Below, piece by piece: positions 26,345 to 39,071 of a stretch of DNA of 64,000 bases. How positions within the stretch are numbered: the first letter of the stretch is position 1; every line of letters starts with the position of its first letter. The position numbers and the translations under genes are program-made. The notes below the pieces were generated by a model. The model worked only from the letters and a program-made list of their open reading frames with translations, had not been told where the DNA came from and searched no databases. The stretch is from positions 19,716,001 to 19,780,000 of the forward strand of contig OX597834.1 of assembly GCA_951406725.2 (NCBI GenBank). Reading direction: 5' to 3'. Origin of the DNA: Octopus vulgaris. Lineage: Eukaryota.

Positions 26345-26520
26345 TTAAACTCTAGTCTCTGACTGTCTGGTTGTATTTGTTACATTCCAGTATTTAATTG
26401 TTCTGGAAATGATAAAGAATTCAATTCTATGATTAGATTCCTTTGTGCATTCTAAAATTAACAATTCTGGTCTTTGGTTTAATGAGAAGATCCAGAAACA
26501 ATGAAGCTTCATTGAAATAT
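26345..26520 (-). pseudogene. Possible CR1/L2-type LINE ORF 3' end
   Basis: HRIEFFIISRTIKYWN resembles the RxxFFxxRxxxxWN terminal motif; single short motif only. Confidence 0.4.
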
Positions 26521-26526
26521 TATACA

Positions 26527-26696
26527 GGCGCAGGAGTGGCTGTGTGGTAAGTAGCTTGCTAACCAACCACATGGTTCGGGTTCTGTCTCACTGCGTGGCA
26601 TCTTGGGCAAGTGTCTTCTGCTATAGCCCCGGGCCGACCAATGCCTTGTGAGTGGATTTGGTAGACAGAAACTGAAAGAAGCCTGTCGTATATATG

Positions 26697-26745
<49 letters not shown>

Positions 26746-26963
26746 TTGTGTGTCTGTGTTTGTCCCCCTAGTATTGCTTGACAACCGATGCTGGTGTGTT
26801 TATGTCCCCGTCACTTAGCGGTTCAGCATAACAGACCGATAGAATAAGTACTGGGCTTACAAAAAATAAGTTCCAGGATCGATTTGCTCGACTAAAGGTG
26901 GTGCTCCAGCATGGCCGCAGTCAAATGACTGAAACAAGTAAAAGAGTAAAGAGTAAAAGAGTA
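26527..26963 (+). mobile_element. SINE A full-length
   Basis: A/B boxes, ttgggcaagtgtctt, (gtaaaaga)n tail. Confidence 0.92.
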
Positions 26964-28491
26964 AAGGGGAAAAAAGATTCTATACACTTGTTGGTTTAGC
27001 CGTAATTCCCATCATTTGGTGTCCCCTTTTCCGTACTGATATGGGTCATACTGAATTTGTTGAGGTGGATTTTCTATGGCTGGATGTCCTCCCTGCAGCC
27101 TACCCACAACTGTTTCCAAGTCAGATAATAATTCTAAATGACCAGATATGCTTTCAGTGAAGATAAGAAATATTTGTTTGATGGTGACATTTGCTTACAA
27201 CTATGACACTATGTCCAAGCAAGGTGACAGTAAAATACACACACACACATCATCATCATCACCATTATTATCATCATTTAACGTCCATTTTCCATGCTGT
27301 CTATTTTCTACAGACTGGACAGTTTGACAGGAGCTGGCAAGCTGGAGAGCTGCACCAGCCTCCAATTGTCTGTTTGGCATGGTTTTTATGGCTGAATGTC
27401 CTTCCTAATGCCAACTTTACAGGGCATACTGGGTGCTCTCTCTCTCTCTCTAACTAAAAAAAAAAACAGACACACACACACATATATGTTGTTGTATTTT
27501 GGGATGGTCTCCTCCCAGTTATCCTCCAGAGAACTTGGAGGAAACACGTGGGATGGAGGGTCATTGAAGAGGTCACAGGTGTGTGACAAAAGACTTCCAG
27601 ACAATGAACATTTTTAAAAATATACTAGCAAACAAGTGAAGAATGAATAAATAGTGTGTGTGTTTATTTGGCAAGAAAAAAATGACCAATCCCGAAATAT
27701 AACAACATCTGTTTCGACATGATTGAACATCAGGAATTTTGCAAAACAAATACATAAGCTTATGTGTATATATACATATACATATGTATATACAGTATAG
27801 TTGTATAGGAGCAGGCATGGCTGTTTGGTAAGATGAGGATACTTGCTCAAGGTGTCATGTAGCGGGAGTGAACTCAGAACCATGAGGTTGGGAAGCAACC
27901 TTCTTACCACACAGCCACACCTGTGCCTATGTCTAAATTACCTAACATGTCTTTTCTGATTTTAGACAACTGGGCATAATTCTAATGAACTTGGCTGCTA
28001 TGTCTAGCTACTTAAGTGACCACATAGAAGCTTGCCTTTTCCTCTGAAAATCCTTGTTAACAGTAGCAGTGTGAAAATCTCTGCTTTATTTGACCTTAAC
28101 ACACATTCATACATTATGCAGAAAATAATTTCCATACATTTCCATATATTAACATGTGTGTCTATATGTGTTTTAATTAATACCCATGTTTATATGTTTA
28201 ATAGATTTGGCAAGTATGTGCTTTAAGTGTTTTCCTTAATCAGTAAACTTCTAGCTGCATAAACTTGTCTTAATTAATTATATCAACTTTTGGTTTGATG
28301 TTTGCTTATTTCCAGCCTAACAGATACCATATTCAATATTAGGGGGTATATGTGTGTGTCTTAGTGAATTAGGCATATCTACATATGTACATATTCCCCT
28401 GCTCAGTCAATCATTTTCTCTCTCTCCCTCTCTACATACACACACACACATCTATACATACATACATACATACATACATACATACATAAGT

Positions 28492-28663
28492 GTCGGAGTG
28501 GCTGTGAGGTAAGTAGCTTGCTTACCAACCACATGGTTCCGGGTTCAGTCCCACTGCATGGCACTTTGGGTAAGTGCCTTCTACTATAGCCTTGGGCCAA
28601 CCAAAGCCTTGTGAGTGGATTTGGTAGACGGAAACTGAAAGAAGCCCGTCGTGCGTCTATATG

Positions 28664-28713
<50 letters not shown>

Positions 28714-28930
28714 TTTGTGTGTGTTTGTGTGTCCCCCTAACATCGCTTGACAACTGATGGTGGTGTGTTTATGTCTCCGTAACTTAGCATTTCGGCAAAA
28801 GACACTGATAGAATAAGTACTAGGCTTACAAAGAATAAGTCCTGGATCAATTTGCTCGACTAAAGGCAGTGCTCCAGCATGGCCACAGTCATATGACTGA
28901 AACAAGTAAAAGAGTATAGAGTAAAGAGTA
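28492..28930 (+). mobile_element. SINE A near full-length
   Basis: Colinear with other A copies. Confidence 0.9.
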
Positions 28931-28962
28931 TATGTATATATACACACATACAAATATACATG

Positions 28963-28995
<33 letters not shown>

Positions 28996-29654
28996 TACAT
29001 ACAAATAGATGATATAATACACACATATATATATATGATATATAATCTATTTGCATGTATATGTATGTGTATATATATGTATGTGTGTGTGTTTGTAAAG
29101 GTGTGGAATTGTAAGGGTCTTTCGCATGATAACTGATGAGTAATGAACTATAATGTCCATGAATTTTCTGTTTGTTCCATTGTGTTTCTGTTCAAGTTTT
29201 AAAACGAAACACAGATGTGTGATTTAATAATAATATGAAAAATGGACATGGATCCCAGGCAGCTCCTGTCAAACCATCCAACCCATGCTAGCATGAAAAA
29301 ATGGACGTTAAATGATGATGATGAATGAAGGAAACCAAATGTGTCATAAATAATTGAATTTAGTGATATTAGCATTTTGCTGTAGAAATTAACATTATCA
29401 TTTTTGTTGAAGCAATTGCCTTGTGATCAGAAATATTTTCAAAACCTAATCTAAATTCATAATTTGAATAAAATGGTTCATCTTGCTAACAATAATATCA
29501 AGGATGGACTGAACAATGTATCCTGAGTTATGTTCAGACATTTTTGAAACATTTGTTAGAAAACATTTTAGCCAAGGTGAACTTGTACATCCAGTAGAGA
29601 ACTACACGAGGCCATTTCCAAATGTGTTAGTTATGTTGACTTATTATATACATA

Positions 29655-30035
29655 GGTGCAGATGTGGCTGTGTGGTAGGAAACTTGCTTACCAACCACAT
29701 GGTTCCGGGTTCAGTCCCACTGCATGGCATCTTGGGAAAGTGTCTTCTATTATAGCCTCTAGCCAAGCAAAACCTTCTAAATGGATTTGGTAGATGGAAA
29801 CTACCAAATGTGTGTGTCTTTGTGTCCTTGTCACCCACCACCACTTGCAACCAGTGTTGGTGTGTTTACGTCCTTGTAACTTAGTGGTTTGGCAAAAGTG
29901 ATTGATAGAATAAATACCAGGCTTAAAAAAACATACAGGTGTTAATTCGTTCAACTAAAAAACAAGAGTCTTCAAGATGGTGATCCAGCATGGTCGCAGT
30001 CTAATAACTGAAACAAGTAGAAGATAAAAGATAAA
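29655..30035 (+). mobile_element. SINE A, older subfamily
   Basis: Same head; diverged body; (gataaaa)n tail. Confidence 0.8.
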
Positions 30036-30099
30036 ATGGTCAGGCACATTGGATAATGTAGTCCTAGATAGACAATCCTTGAAACATAAGATAAACTGA

Positions 30100-30505
30100 A
30101 GATGGTAAGCTAGCAGAGCAAAAATATGCTCAGTTCAAATTCTGCCAAGGTTGACTTCGTGTTTTATCTTTTCTGGGTCGATAAAATAAGTACCAGTTGA
30201 CTACTGGGTTTCGTGTAATCGACTTACCCCTCACACAAATATGCTGGCCTTGTGCCAAAATTTGAACCTAATATAAGATGAGATGAAGGAGGCCAGCTGG
30301 CAGAGTCGTTAACACGCTGGGCAAAATGCTTAGTGGTGTTTCATCTGTTTTTATTTTCTGAGTTCAAATTCCACTGAGGTTGGCTCTACCTTTCATCCTT
30401 TCAGGATCGATAAATTAAGTACCAGTTGCATACCGGGGTCGATCTAATCGACTGCCCACCCCCTCCCCCAGAATTTCAGCCTCGTGCCTAGAGTAGAAAA
30501 GAATA
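30100..30505 (+). mobile_element. Two SINE B copies
   Basis: gttcaaattc...gtcgataaa..taagtaccagtt twice. Confidence 0.75.
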
Positions 30506-31734
30506 TAAGACAAGATGGTCGTAGCTAAAAATGCATTTCTTTATGTCTGCTGGATCAACAATTAAAGAACAACAACAACAACAAAAACAACAACAACAAC
30601 AACAACAACAGCAACAAAAACAACAACAACAACAAAAACAACAACAACAAACACCATAGCTTACTTTCAGTTCATCTATTAATTCAACATTTCGTCTGTT
30701 TCATCTCACCCAATGCAAGGCTAATTAAGTATTCTTCCTTCCTACGTACACAACACATAAACATCCACTCACACACACACACGCACAGACACACAGTTTT
30801 TGCTTAGAGATTAAGTCCGTTATTTTTATTTTCTTATTATTCCTCTCCAGAAAGATGCTTACAGCTCTGCACTGCTTCTGTGTCTAATGAACCATAACCT
30901 CCAGACCGTAACACTAATCAATGAACAGTGAAGAAGGAGGCCTCGTCTGCAGATAGGCCGGTCCAATTATTCAATTTTCTTACAGAATTGATTAAGACCT
31001 TTTCCATAATCACTGAAGCATGATATGTCATTGCAGCACTGTCAGTGTGTATATATACGTATATGTGTATGTGTGTGTATGTATGTTTGTCTGTTTGTAC
31101 ATGGATGCAGAGAAGATAGATTTTGATATATATTGGTGTATAAATATGTGATCAAATGATAGCAGTGTTGTCTGTAGGAATATATATATATCTATGCATA
31201 TGTGTGTGTGTGTGTATATATACATGTGTGTATTTGTATGTGTGTGACTACAGACAGATATGTATGAATGTGAGAGTATAGATACATGTACATATTTGTA
31301 CAACTGTGCATACATGCACAGTTGTATGTGTGTATGAGTGTATATATGCATGTATGTATATGTCTGTGTGTGTATACATGAACAGATGTATAAGTGCAGA
31401 TGTGCTTGAATGTATTTGCATGTATGTGTATATACATGCACACATGTATGTGTGTTTATACACACATGCATGTTTGCGTGTATGTGAGTGTATATATACA
31501 TGCATGTATGTATTTTCTATATATGCATGCACATGTGTGTATGTACCATTATGTATCATCATCATCTTCATCACTTTATTTTTCCTTTCCATACTGGCAT
31601 GGGGTGGACAAGTTGTCATGGTTCAAGTCATCCTTTATTCAGATTTACTACTTGCCCAGATGGGTCACATATGTATCCATAAACACACACAACACACTTA
31701 TATGTACATATATACATATTATATATATAATATT

Positions 31735-31774
<40 letters not shown>

Positions 31775-32569
31775 TTCAACACACACAACACACTTATATG
31801 TACATATATACATATTATATATATAATATTTACATACATACATACACATATATATATATATATATGTATGCCTACATACATACACACAAATATGTAAACT
31901 TTAATAAACATACATATACATATATATATATATATATGTGTGCACATATGCAGATTTAAAGGATGCAAAAAGGGATTCGTAAATCAAACCATGAAACCCC
32001 ACAGTAATAACCCTGATGATAGGGCTGTTGATTTATTGACGAGTGAGTCTATTTTCCATTGGAATCAAATTGGAAACTCTCCATACTCTCGGTAAATCCT
32101 GCTCTATAATCTAGCAAGAGATAATTTGTACCAAACATCATGAATCATGATACTTATCGTGTTGTGACTATCGCCGTTGTTGTTGTTGTCATAACAACAG
32201 GAACATTTTAGTCAATCAGCCGCATAATATTGTGTTTTTAGTATGTGTCCATCTGTTGATTGGTAAGGAACTACAGAAACACAGAACGATTGAATGCTTG
32301 GCGTCATAATGTCGATAGGTTAAGTCTTCACAAATTGTATTCTGCAGACGTCTCTTGGGAAATAAAGATTTCCGTTGGTTCAACAACTTTGTGTTATAAA
32401 TCCAAATCGTCTGAAAGCTGTTGGTTTCTTGTATGATTTTCAGATTTTAAATTGTGTCAATATTGTAATTTTATAGTCTAAAAGTTGCACAGGAATGTCC
32501 GATGAACTGCAACTTCTGCTGCTCATATTCAGGAAATAGAAGTTTTTGGAATATTAACACTTTAGCAAT

Positions 32570-33112
32570 CCGATCGTGGCCGTTGCCAGCCTCGCCTGGC
32601 CTCTGTGCCGGTGGCACATAAAAAGCACCATCCGATCGTGGCCATTTGCCAGCCTCGTCTGGCACCTGTGCCGGTGGCACGTAAAGAGCGCCATCCAATC
32701 ATGGTCGTTTGCCAGCCTCGTCTGGCACCTGTGCCGGTGGCACGTAAAAAGCACCATCCGATCGTGGCCATTTACCAGCCTCATCTGGCACTTGTGCTGG
32801 TGGCACATAAAAAGCACCATCCGATCTTGGCCGTTTGCCAGCCTCGTCTGGCCTCTGTGTTGGTGGTACGTAAAAAGCACCATCCGATCGTGGCCATTTG
32901 CCAGCCTCGTCTGGCACCTGTGCCAGTGACATGTAAAAAGCACCAACTACACTCATGGAGTGGTTGGCGTTAGGAAGGGCATCCAGCCGTAGAAACACTG
33001 CCAGATCAGACTGGGCCTGTTGCAGCCTTCTGGCCTCCCAGACCCCAGTTGAACCGTCCAACCCATGCTAGCATGGAAAGCAGACGCTAAACGATGATGA
33101 TGATGATGATGA
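32570..33112 (+). mobile_element. Family C copy with six 62-63 bp tandem units
   Basis: Units start 32570, 32632, 32695, 32758, 32821, 32884; then the standard C tail and (GAT)n. Confidence 0.85.
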
Positions 33113-33313
33113 TATTCAGCTCAAATATTCTACCAGTTTTATCTTCAAGCCAACCAGATCCTGCCTCTCACACAAACCCAACAATGCAGTTCTAAAAGTA
33201 AGCAATTGCATCATCAAAATCTTAAAGCTTTGAAATAATGCAGGATTAATTCAAAACAATGTGGATGAATGAGCCTCAAATTTGACAGAGTAATCTGAAA
33301 GGTAAAGGGTTAA
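33113..33313 (-). mobile_element. TTAA-flanked MITE family I
   Basis: Ends aaaggg|ttaa; homologous to 36837-37158 and 38531-38685. Confidence 0.6.
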
Positions 33314-33624
33314 AGTTTATGGGTAGCCCAAATTCCTATATAGGGCCCAAGGGTATTTTTCAACCTTAGTATTTGTTTGGAGGTTTTTATTACCAATCTC
33401 AGGGAGATAAAAGGGTAAGTTGACCTTGGCAGGATTTGAACTCAAAATGTAAAGAACTAGAAGTAATACCACAGTGTTTTTGCAGATACTTTAAAGACTC
33501 TACCAGCTCACTGCCTTGCCAGTGTGTGTGTATGTGTGTGTGTGTGTGTGAGATGAAAGTACTAGTTTTATTAATATATACATATATATATATATACATA
33601 CATATATATATATATATATACACC

Positions 33625-33655
<31 letters not shown>

Positions 33656-33853
33656 TTGTACCAAGAAGAAAGCAACATGAATGGATTGGTAGTTTAGTAC
33701 AATTGTTTCATACTATAAACATTTTATTTAAAGCTGCAAATATTACAGCAAATATAATGTCAAGTATTCTATATATTTGTACGTATGTATGTATATATAT
33801 ATATATATGGCAAATGAAAAACAGAAGATGGAATATACAAGAATTTATTATTA

Positions 33854-33939
33854 ATCACAACAATTGTTTCGACACATCTGGGACACTCAATAACTGGTTC
33901 AGGAGCATCTGGCAGTACAGATGTATCTTGTCAGGTGAT
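33854..33939 (-). ncRNA. Type I hammerhead fold with 57-nt helix II (family G)
   Basis: AUCAC-CUGACAA-GAUACAUCUG...CAGAUGUGUC-GAAA-C(AAUU)G-UU-GUGAU, followed by AATAAA and (TA)n; only G8 deviates. Confidence 0.75.
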
Positions 33940-35625
33940 AAATAAATACAACCCATTGAAATAACTGTTCCACTATGTAACTTCCTGATTTCACAAATAC
34001 ACTCTCACATACGCTCACACATGTACAATCACTGACACACATATACACACAACCACATCTCTGGGCATCCCCATACATGCACACACACACACATATATAT
34101 GTACATATATATACACACATGCACTCCCCATACACACACACACACACATAACGATCAACAAACACATTCACACCCATACATAGATGCACATACATATATT
34201 TACCCATATTCATTCACATAGGTATAATTATTCAATTTACATATATATATATATATATATATAAAATCATAATTAAGGGGGTATCTAAGAGATACCACTA
34301 TGCTAGAGATAGCAGTCAAAACTTTATAAATTTATATATATATAAATATTTAGCCATGATCACAGGTATTAAATGAAAATGGATTAACCATTAAACAAAA
34401 TGAGAAAATGAGAAAGACAGGAGATAAAGCACGATTTATTTGTGATCAGAGGTGTTTGAAAATTGAGGTACTACTGTGTATGTATAAATATATAATATTT
34501 TATTAATACAATATTGCAAAATTGTAAAAATTGTAAATAATAAAATGTGAAAATCAGCCGAAGTTGAAATTTCATTGATAAAATATATTCTTCTATACAC
34601 AATCATGCGAACTTGTATGTATGTGTGTGTGATAAGCCATCTTTCAGGTAGCTGGCACCAAATAAACTTTGAAATAGCATGCATACATACATTCATACAT
34701 ACACACCTCCACATTCACACACACATATATTCACACATACACACCTATATTCATATACACACACAGTCCCACATTCATACTCACACACACACATGCCTGC
34801 ACGCACAGAAGAAATGCTGGTGTATATATATATAATTCAGTATGATAGATAGATGTTTCCTAAATTTTCACTTGGAAGCCGATAAATGGAAGCCTTGAGA
34901 AATTCACAGAAAACTATGGCTGAAGATAAGGATTGCCTTCTGTATATTTTAGGGGTATTTTTTAACTTCTTTTTGTTAGAATGCAGCCATAGAAAGATCT
35001 TCATATCAGATGCATATTCTACACTATTTTTAAAGAGTTTAGGAAGAAAGGCTAAAAATTGTGCAATAGAATTGAGTAGAAAAAAACGAACAATAGAAAG
35101 ACAGATAACTGTCTTTGCACTTTGGTGGATTTCAAGGAGATCAAAATCTATCAATGTTTGCTGCTATTTTGATCAAGGATTTATTATATGTATTTATATT
35201 TTTGTTGATTTTTTTTCTTTCCATAAAAAAAACAAAGATTTTAATTGATCTGTTATTGGAAGAAAAATCAACTGTGATGGATGTTCATAATATCGTTGAT
35301 ATTATGAAAATGATCCAGAAAACAATTTAAATCTATATTCTTGAGGATAAGAAGCTTATTTTGCAAAGCCATGTGGTTTAGAGTTTAGGGTCTCAGGTTC
35401 GTTCCCACTGATGCCATCAACATCTTACCTCCACTATTCTGGACTCTAGACTGTCCCTTCTACTTTTATATCTCAGCTTTGGCTTTAAAAAATCTTGGCC
35501 ATACTGGGGCAGAGATACACTCACAGGACAAGGATGTCTGATGTTGCTAATAATTTTTCTTCTCATTACTAATTAATTCAAATCTTTTTTTTATGAAAAA
35601 AACTCTACTAAAATCTAAACATATA

Positions 35626-36011
35626 GGCGCAGGAGTGGCTGTGTGGTAAGTAGCTTGCTTAACAACCACATGGTTCCGGGTTCAGTCCCATTGCGTGGCA
35701 CTTTGGGCAAGTGTCTTCTACTATAGCCTCGGGCTGACCAAAGCCTTGTGAGTGGATTTGGTAGACGGAAACTGAAAGAAGCCCGTCGTATATATGTATA
35801 TGTATATATATATGTGTGTGTGTGTGTTTGTGTGTCTGTGTTTGTCCCTCCAACATCGCTTGACAACCGATGCTGGTATGTTTATGTCCCTGTAACTTAG
35901 CAGTTTGGCAAAGGACAAAGAATAAGTCCTGGGATTGATTTGTTCGACTAAAAGGTGGTGCTCCAGCATGGCCACAGTCAAATGACTGAAACAAGTAAAA
36001 GAGTAAAGAGT
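35626..36011 (+). mobile_element. SINE A full-length (short internal deletion)
   Basis: Colinear with other A copies. Confidence 0.9.
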
Positions 36012-36283
36012 ATATATATCTGTGTGGAAAGATAAACATTCAAGTCTTCAGATCTCTGGTCCACTCTGTCCTGCTCTATTGTTGTTAGACTTGGACACAT
36101 CTAGGGTCCTTAGTAGCCACCTGAATTTCTTTAGTACTAGGACACTTCACAAGACTATGGGCTGCCATCAGTCCAATTTTATATCCACCCAAAGACCATA
36201 CATAGAAACTGAATGATGTGTCCCTTTATTTGTCTGATTCAGAAGCATCAGCTTAGACTGTCTGGCTATATTGCTTGATTCTT

Positions 36284-36420
36284 AAGGCAGTGAGCTGGCA
36301 GAAACGTTAGCACACCGGGCGAAATGCATAGCCGTGTTTTGTCTGCTGTTACATTCTAAGTTCAAATTCTGCCGAGGTTGACTTTGCCTTTAATAGCCCC
36401 TTGTGGGCAATAAAGAAATA
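36284..36420 (+). mobile_element. SINE B, internally deleted, 17-bp TSD
   Basis: tatattgcttgattctt at 36267-36283 and 36421-36437; head joined directly to the tail end. Confidence 0.85.
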
Positions 36421-36836
36421 TATATTGCTTGATTCTTCAGATTAAATCCTGCATACTGTGTTCTCTTCTCTGAAGGTCCAGCTCATACTGATCTATCGTA
36501 TTCCTCATGGACATGGAAGTATCTTGTGGAGATGGGAACTGATTGGGATACTGCTTGGAGAGTTAGCTGGAATGACCTGGTCAGATAGTGACAAATGATG
36601 GATGCAGCAATGTATGGCAACAGCACTTGCCCCCATATCTGACCTGATAAATAAATTGGAAGTATACAAAATACACAAATAAATATTATTTTCCATCTTA
36701 GGGCACCAATAGGTCTGTATCAAGCTCTGGTTATAACTATATACAACCTTCAGCTATTTTTAGGGTGTTCTGTCTTATGCCTCTCTTGTGTGTTTCAGGT
36801 TAGGCCCTGATATTTAATACAGGATGTTGCTTTCCT

Positions 36837-37158
36837 TAAACCTTTAGAGTTCAAATTATTCTATTAAATCTAATACTTTTTCATTATGAATTATCATGTT
36901 GCTTTGAGATTTCAATGATGCAATTGTATATTTTTAGAATGTCATTGTAAAGTAGGCTGGTTTGAACATAGAACATGTTTTCGTTTCTCATTGTGTTCGA
37001 CGTTTTTTTTGGTGTCCTGTGCCCATATATGCACGTATATATACATGTAGATGTTGGTACGTACATATATGTATGTATATATGCATATGTTTTATTTATT
37101 AATTTGTTATTATAGAATATTTGAGCCAGATATGGTTGGTTTAAATACTGAAGGGTTG
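36837..37158 (+). mobile_element. MITE family I with an internal insertion
   Basis: ttaaacctttag...ctgaagggttga ends; about 110 bp of unrelated sequence at 36975-37085. Confidence 0.55.
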
Positions 37159-37341
37159 AGGTGTGGCTTCTCCATCCCCATCGGTGCTTCAGGATCTGTT
37201 CTTCCACTGGCACCTGGCCTCCAAACCTTTTACTGTAGCTCTTTCCAGTTGCAATTTTGGAATTCCTCCTGTTGTCCTTAAGCAAGTGTTGGCCTTGCAG
37301 CTTCCTATCAGATTTTGCAGAATAGCATCATATGTTATAAC

Positions 37342-37655
37342 CAGTGATGGATTAACCATTAAACAAAATAAGCACATGTGTAAGAAGTTGAGGGAAGCAG
37401 GGGCACCACATAAATGATAAATGGTTTACAGACAAAAGAAATCACTTTAAACTTGCTACAATAATATTCTAAGGGGTTTATATGATTCGAAATATAATTT
37501 CAAGGTATTTACTGTGTCATAGTGAGGATCTGATAAAAGATTTTGCAATTAAAAACAAATTAGAGAAAACTTTTCAAATATAAATAAAGTGGAAGTATAC
37601 AAAAATAAACATTATTCTCCATCTTAGGGCACCTATGGGTCTTTATCCAGCTCTG
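37342..37655. mobile_element. hAT-like MITE
   Basis: Imperfect TIRs cagtgatggattaa / ttatccagctctg; 8-bp TSD gttataac (right copy has one extra t). Confidence 0.6.
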
Positions 37656-38034
37656 GTTTATAACTATATACAACCTTCTTAAACATAACCCCATCTTTCA
37701 AGTTTCAAATCTTTAAAAAAATATACAAAATCACTATAAAAACCTGAAGGGCCACTTGTTAGAGACATTGATCATATATTTCTCTTTGATACAATAGCTC
37801 TTAGTTTACTAGAATAAGCAACCTTAAGCATATCGTCATAACATTATCTCAATAATTGATCTGTAGCTCTCATATTTCATGTGATGATGTATTAGTAGCG
37901 TTTGTATGAAGGATTTTTGTGTGATGCATAAATATAAACATATGTACATAAACATACATACATACATATATATATATATAAGCATATATATATATCATCA
38001 TCTTTATATATATATATATATACACACATATATA

Positions 38035-38134
38035 NNNNNNNNNNNNNNNNNNNNNNNNNNNNNNNNNNNNNNNNNNNNNNNNNNNNNNNNNNNNNNNNNN
38101 NNNNNNNNNNNNNNNNNNNNNNNNNNNNNNNNNN
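38035..38134. other. Assembly gap (100 N)
   Basis: Exactly 100 N, typical of a placeholder gap of unknown size. Confidence 0.99.
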
Positions 38135-38530
38135 TGTATTTGTATGTATGTAAATATGCATCTGTGTGCATGTGCATATAGTGCCATGAGGCTAATGTAA
38201 GACCATCTGTATATGTAAACTATACACCCCCCGCCCTTGCTGCTTATCCTACTCTCCCTAATAAACCTCCATCTCGCCCCCTCACACCTCACCTCACCCT
38301 ACCTTTTCCACCACCTTTTTGAAGAAATAGAACAGAAAATGCAAAAGAGAGAGAGAGGGAGAGATATATATAGAGAGAGGAAAACAGTTGTTTTCCTCTC
38401 TGTCACTGCCTAGTAACGTAACATCAATGCATATTGCTTGGTAACTGTATTCATTTAAGGATCTTCTCCACGTTCACCTTTTCCTGCTTGAAATCACAGC
38501 TTAATCTTCTTCAAATCACACACTCCCATC

Positions 38531-38685
38531 TTAACCCTTCAGCACTCAGATTACCTTATCAAACGTAATCCTTATTTATTCACCTTGTTTTCAATTAATT
38601 TTGCATTATCTCATAGCTTTCAGATTTTGATCAAGTGATTGTTTATTTTTCAGAATGACATTGTAGGGTAGGTGTGAGAGACTAG
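38531..38685 (+). mobile_element. MITE family I, 3'-truncated
   Basis: ttaa|cccttcagcactcagatta start. Confidence 0.6.
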
Positions 38686-38836
38686 TACTTATTTTATCAG
38701 TCACATTGTAGGGTAGGTGTGAGAGACTAGTACTTATTTTATCAGTCCTTCTTGCTGAACTGCTAAGTTACAGGGGACGTAAACACACCAGCATCGGTTG
38801 TCAAGCGATGTTGGTGGAGAAAAACACAGACACACA

Positions 38837-39009
38837 CACATACATACATACATACATACATACATACATACATACATACATACATACATACATACATACA
38901 TACATACATACATACATACATACATACATACATACATACACATACATACATACATATACATACACATACATACATACATATACATACTTACATACATACA
39001 TATACATAC

Positions 39010-39065
<56 letters not shown>
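38837..39065. repeat. (TACA)n microsatellite
   Basis: Direct observation. Confidence 0.97.

Positions 39066-39071
<6 letters not shown>

Noticed and set aside
29128-29228. CUGAUGAGU...ACGAAACACAGAUGUGU possible hammerhead
   Set aside because: The triplet would be GUG and helix I does not pair; cannot be supported without other copies.
32200-32560. Possible Penelope GIY-YIG C-terminal remnant on the minus strand
   Set aside because: Only vague similarity (QKLLFPEYEQQK..HSCA); needs a profile search.
32471-33061. Overlapping ORFs with 21-aa repeats; CRISPR-like look
   Set aside because: The 63-bp unit is a multiple of 3 and open on both strands; no unique spacers and no cas genes.
34430-34478. 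Tigger/pogo-like terminus (cagtagtacctc on minus; similar at 49537)
   Set aside because: Lone ends without partner TIRs.
34837-35340. 100-120 aa ORFs, possibly a decayed transposase or RT
   Set aside because: No motif could be identified with confidence.
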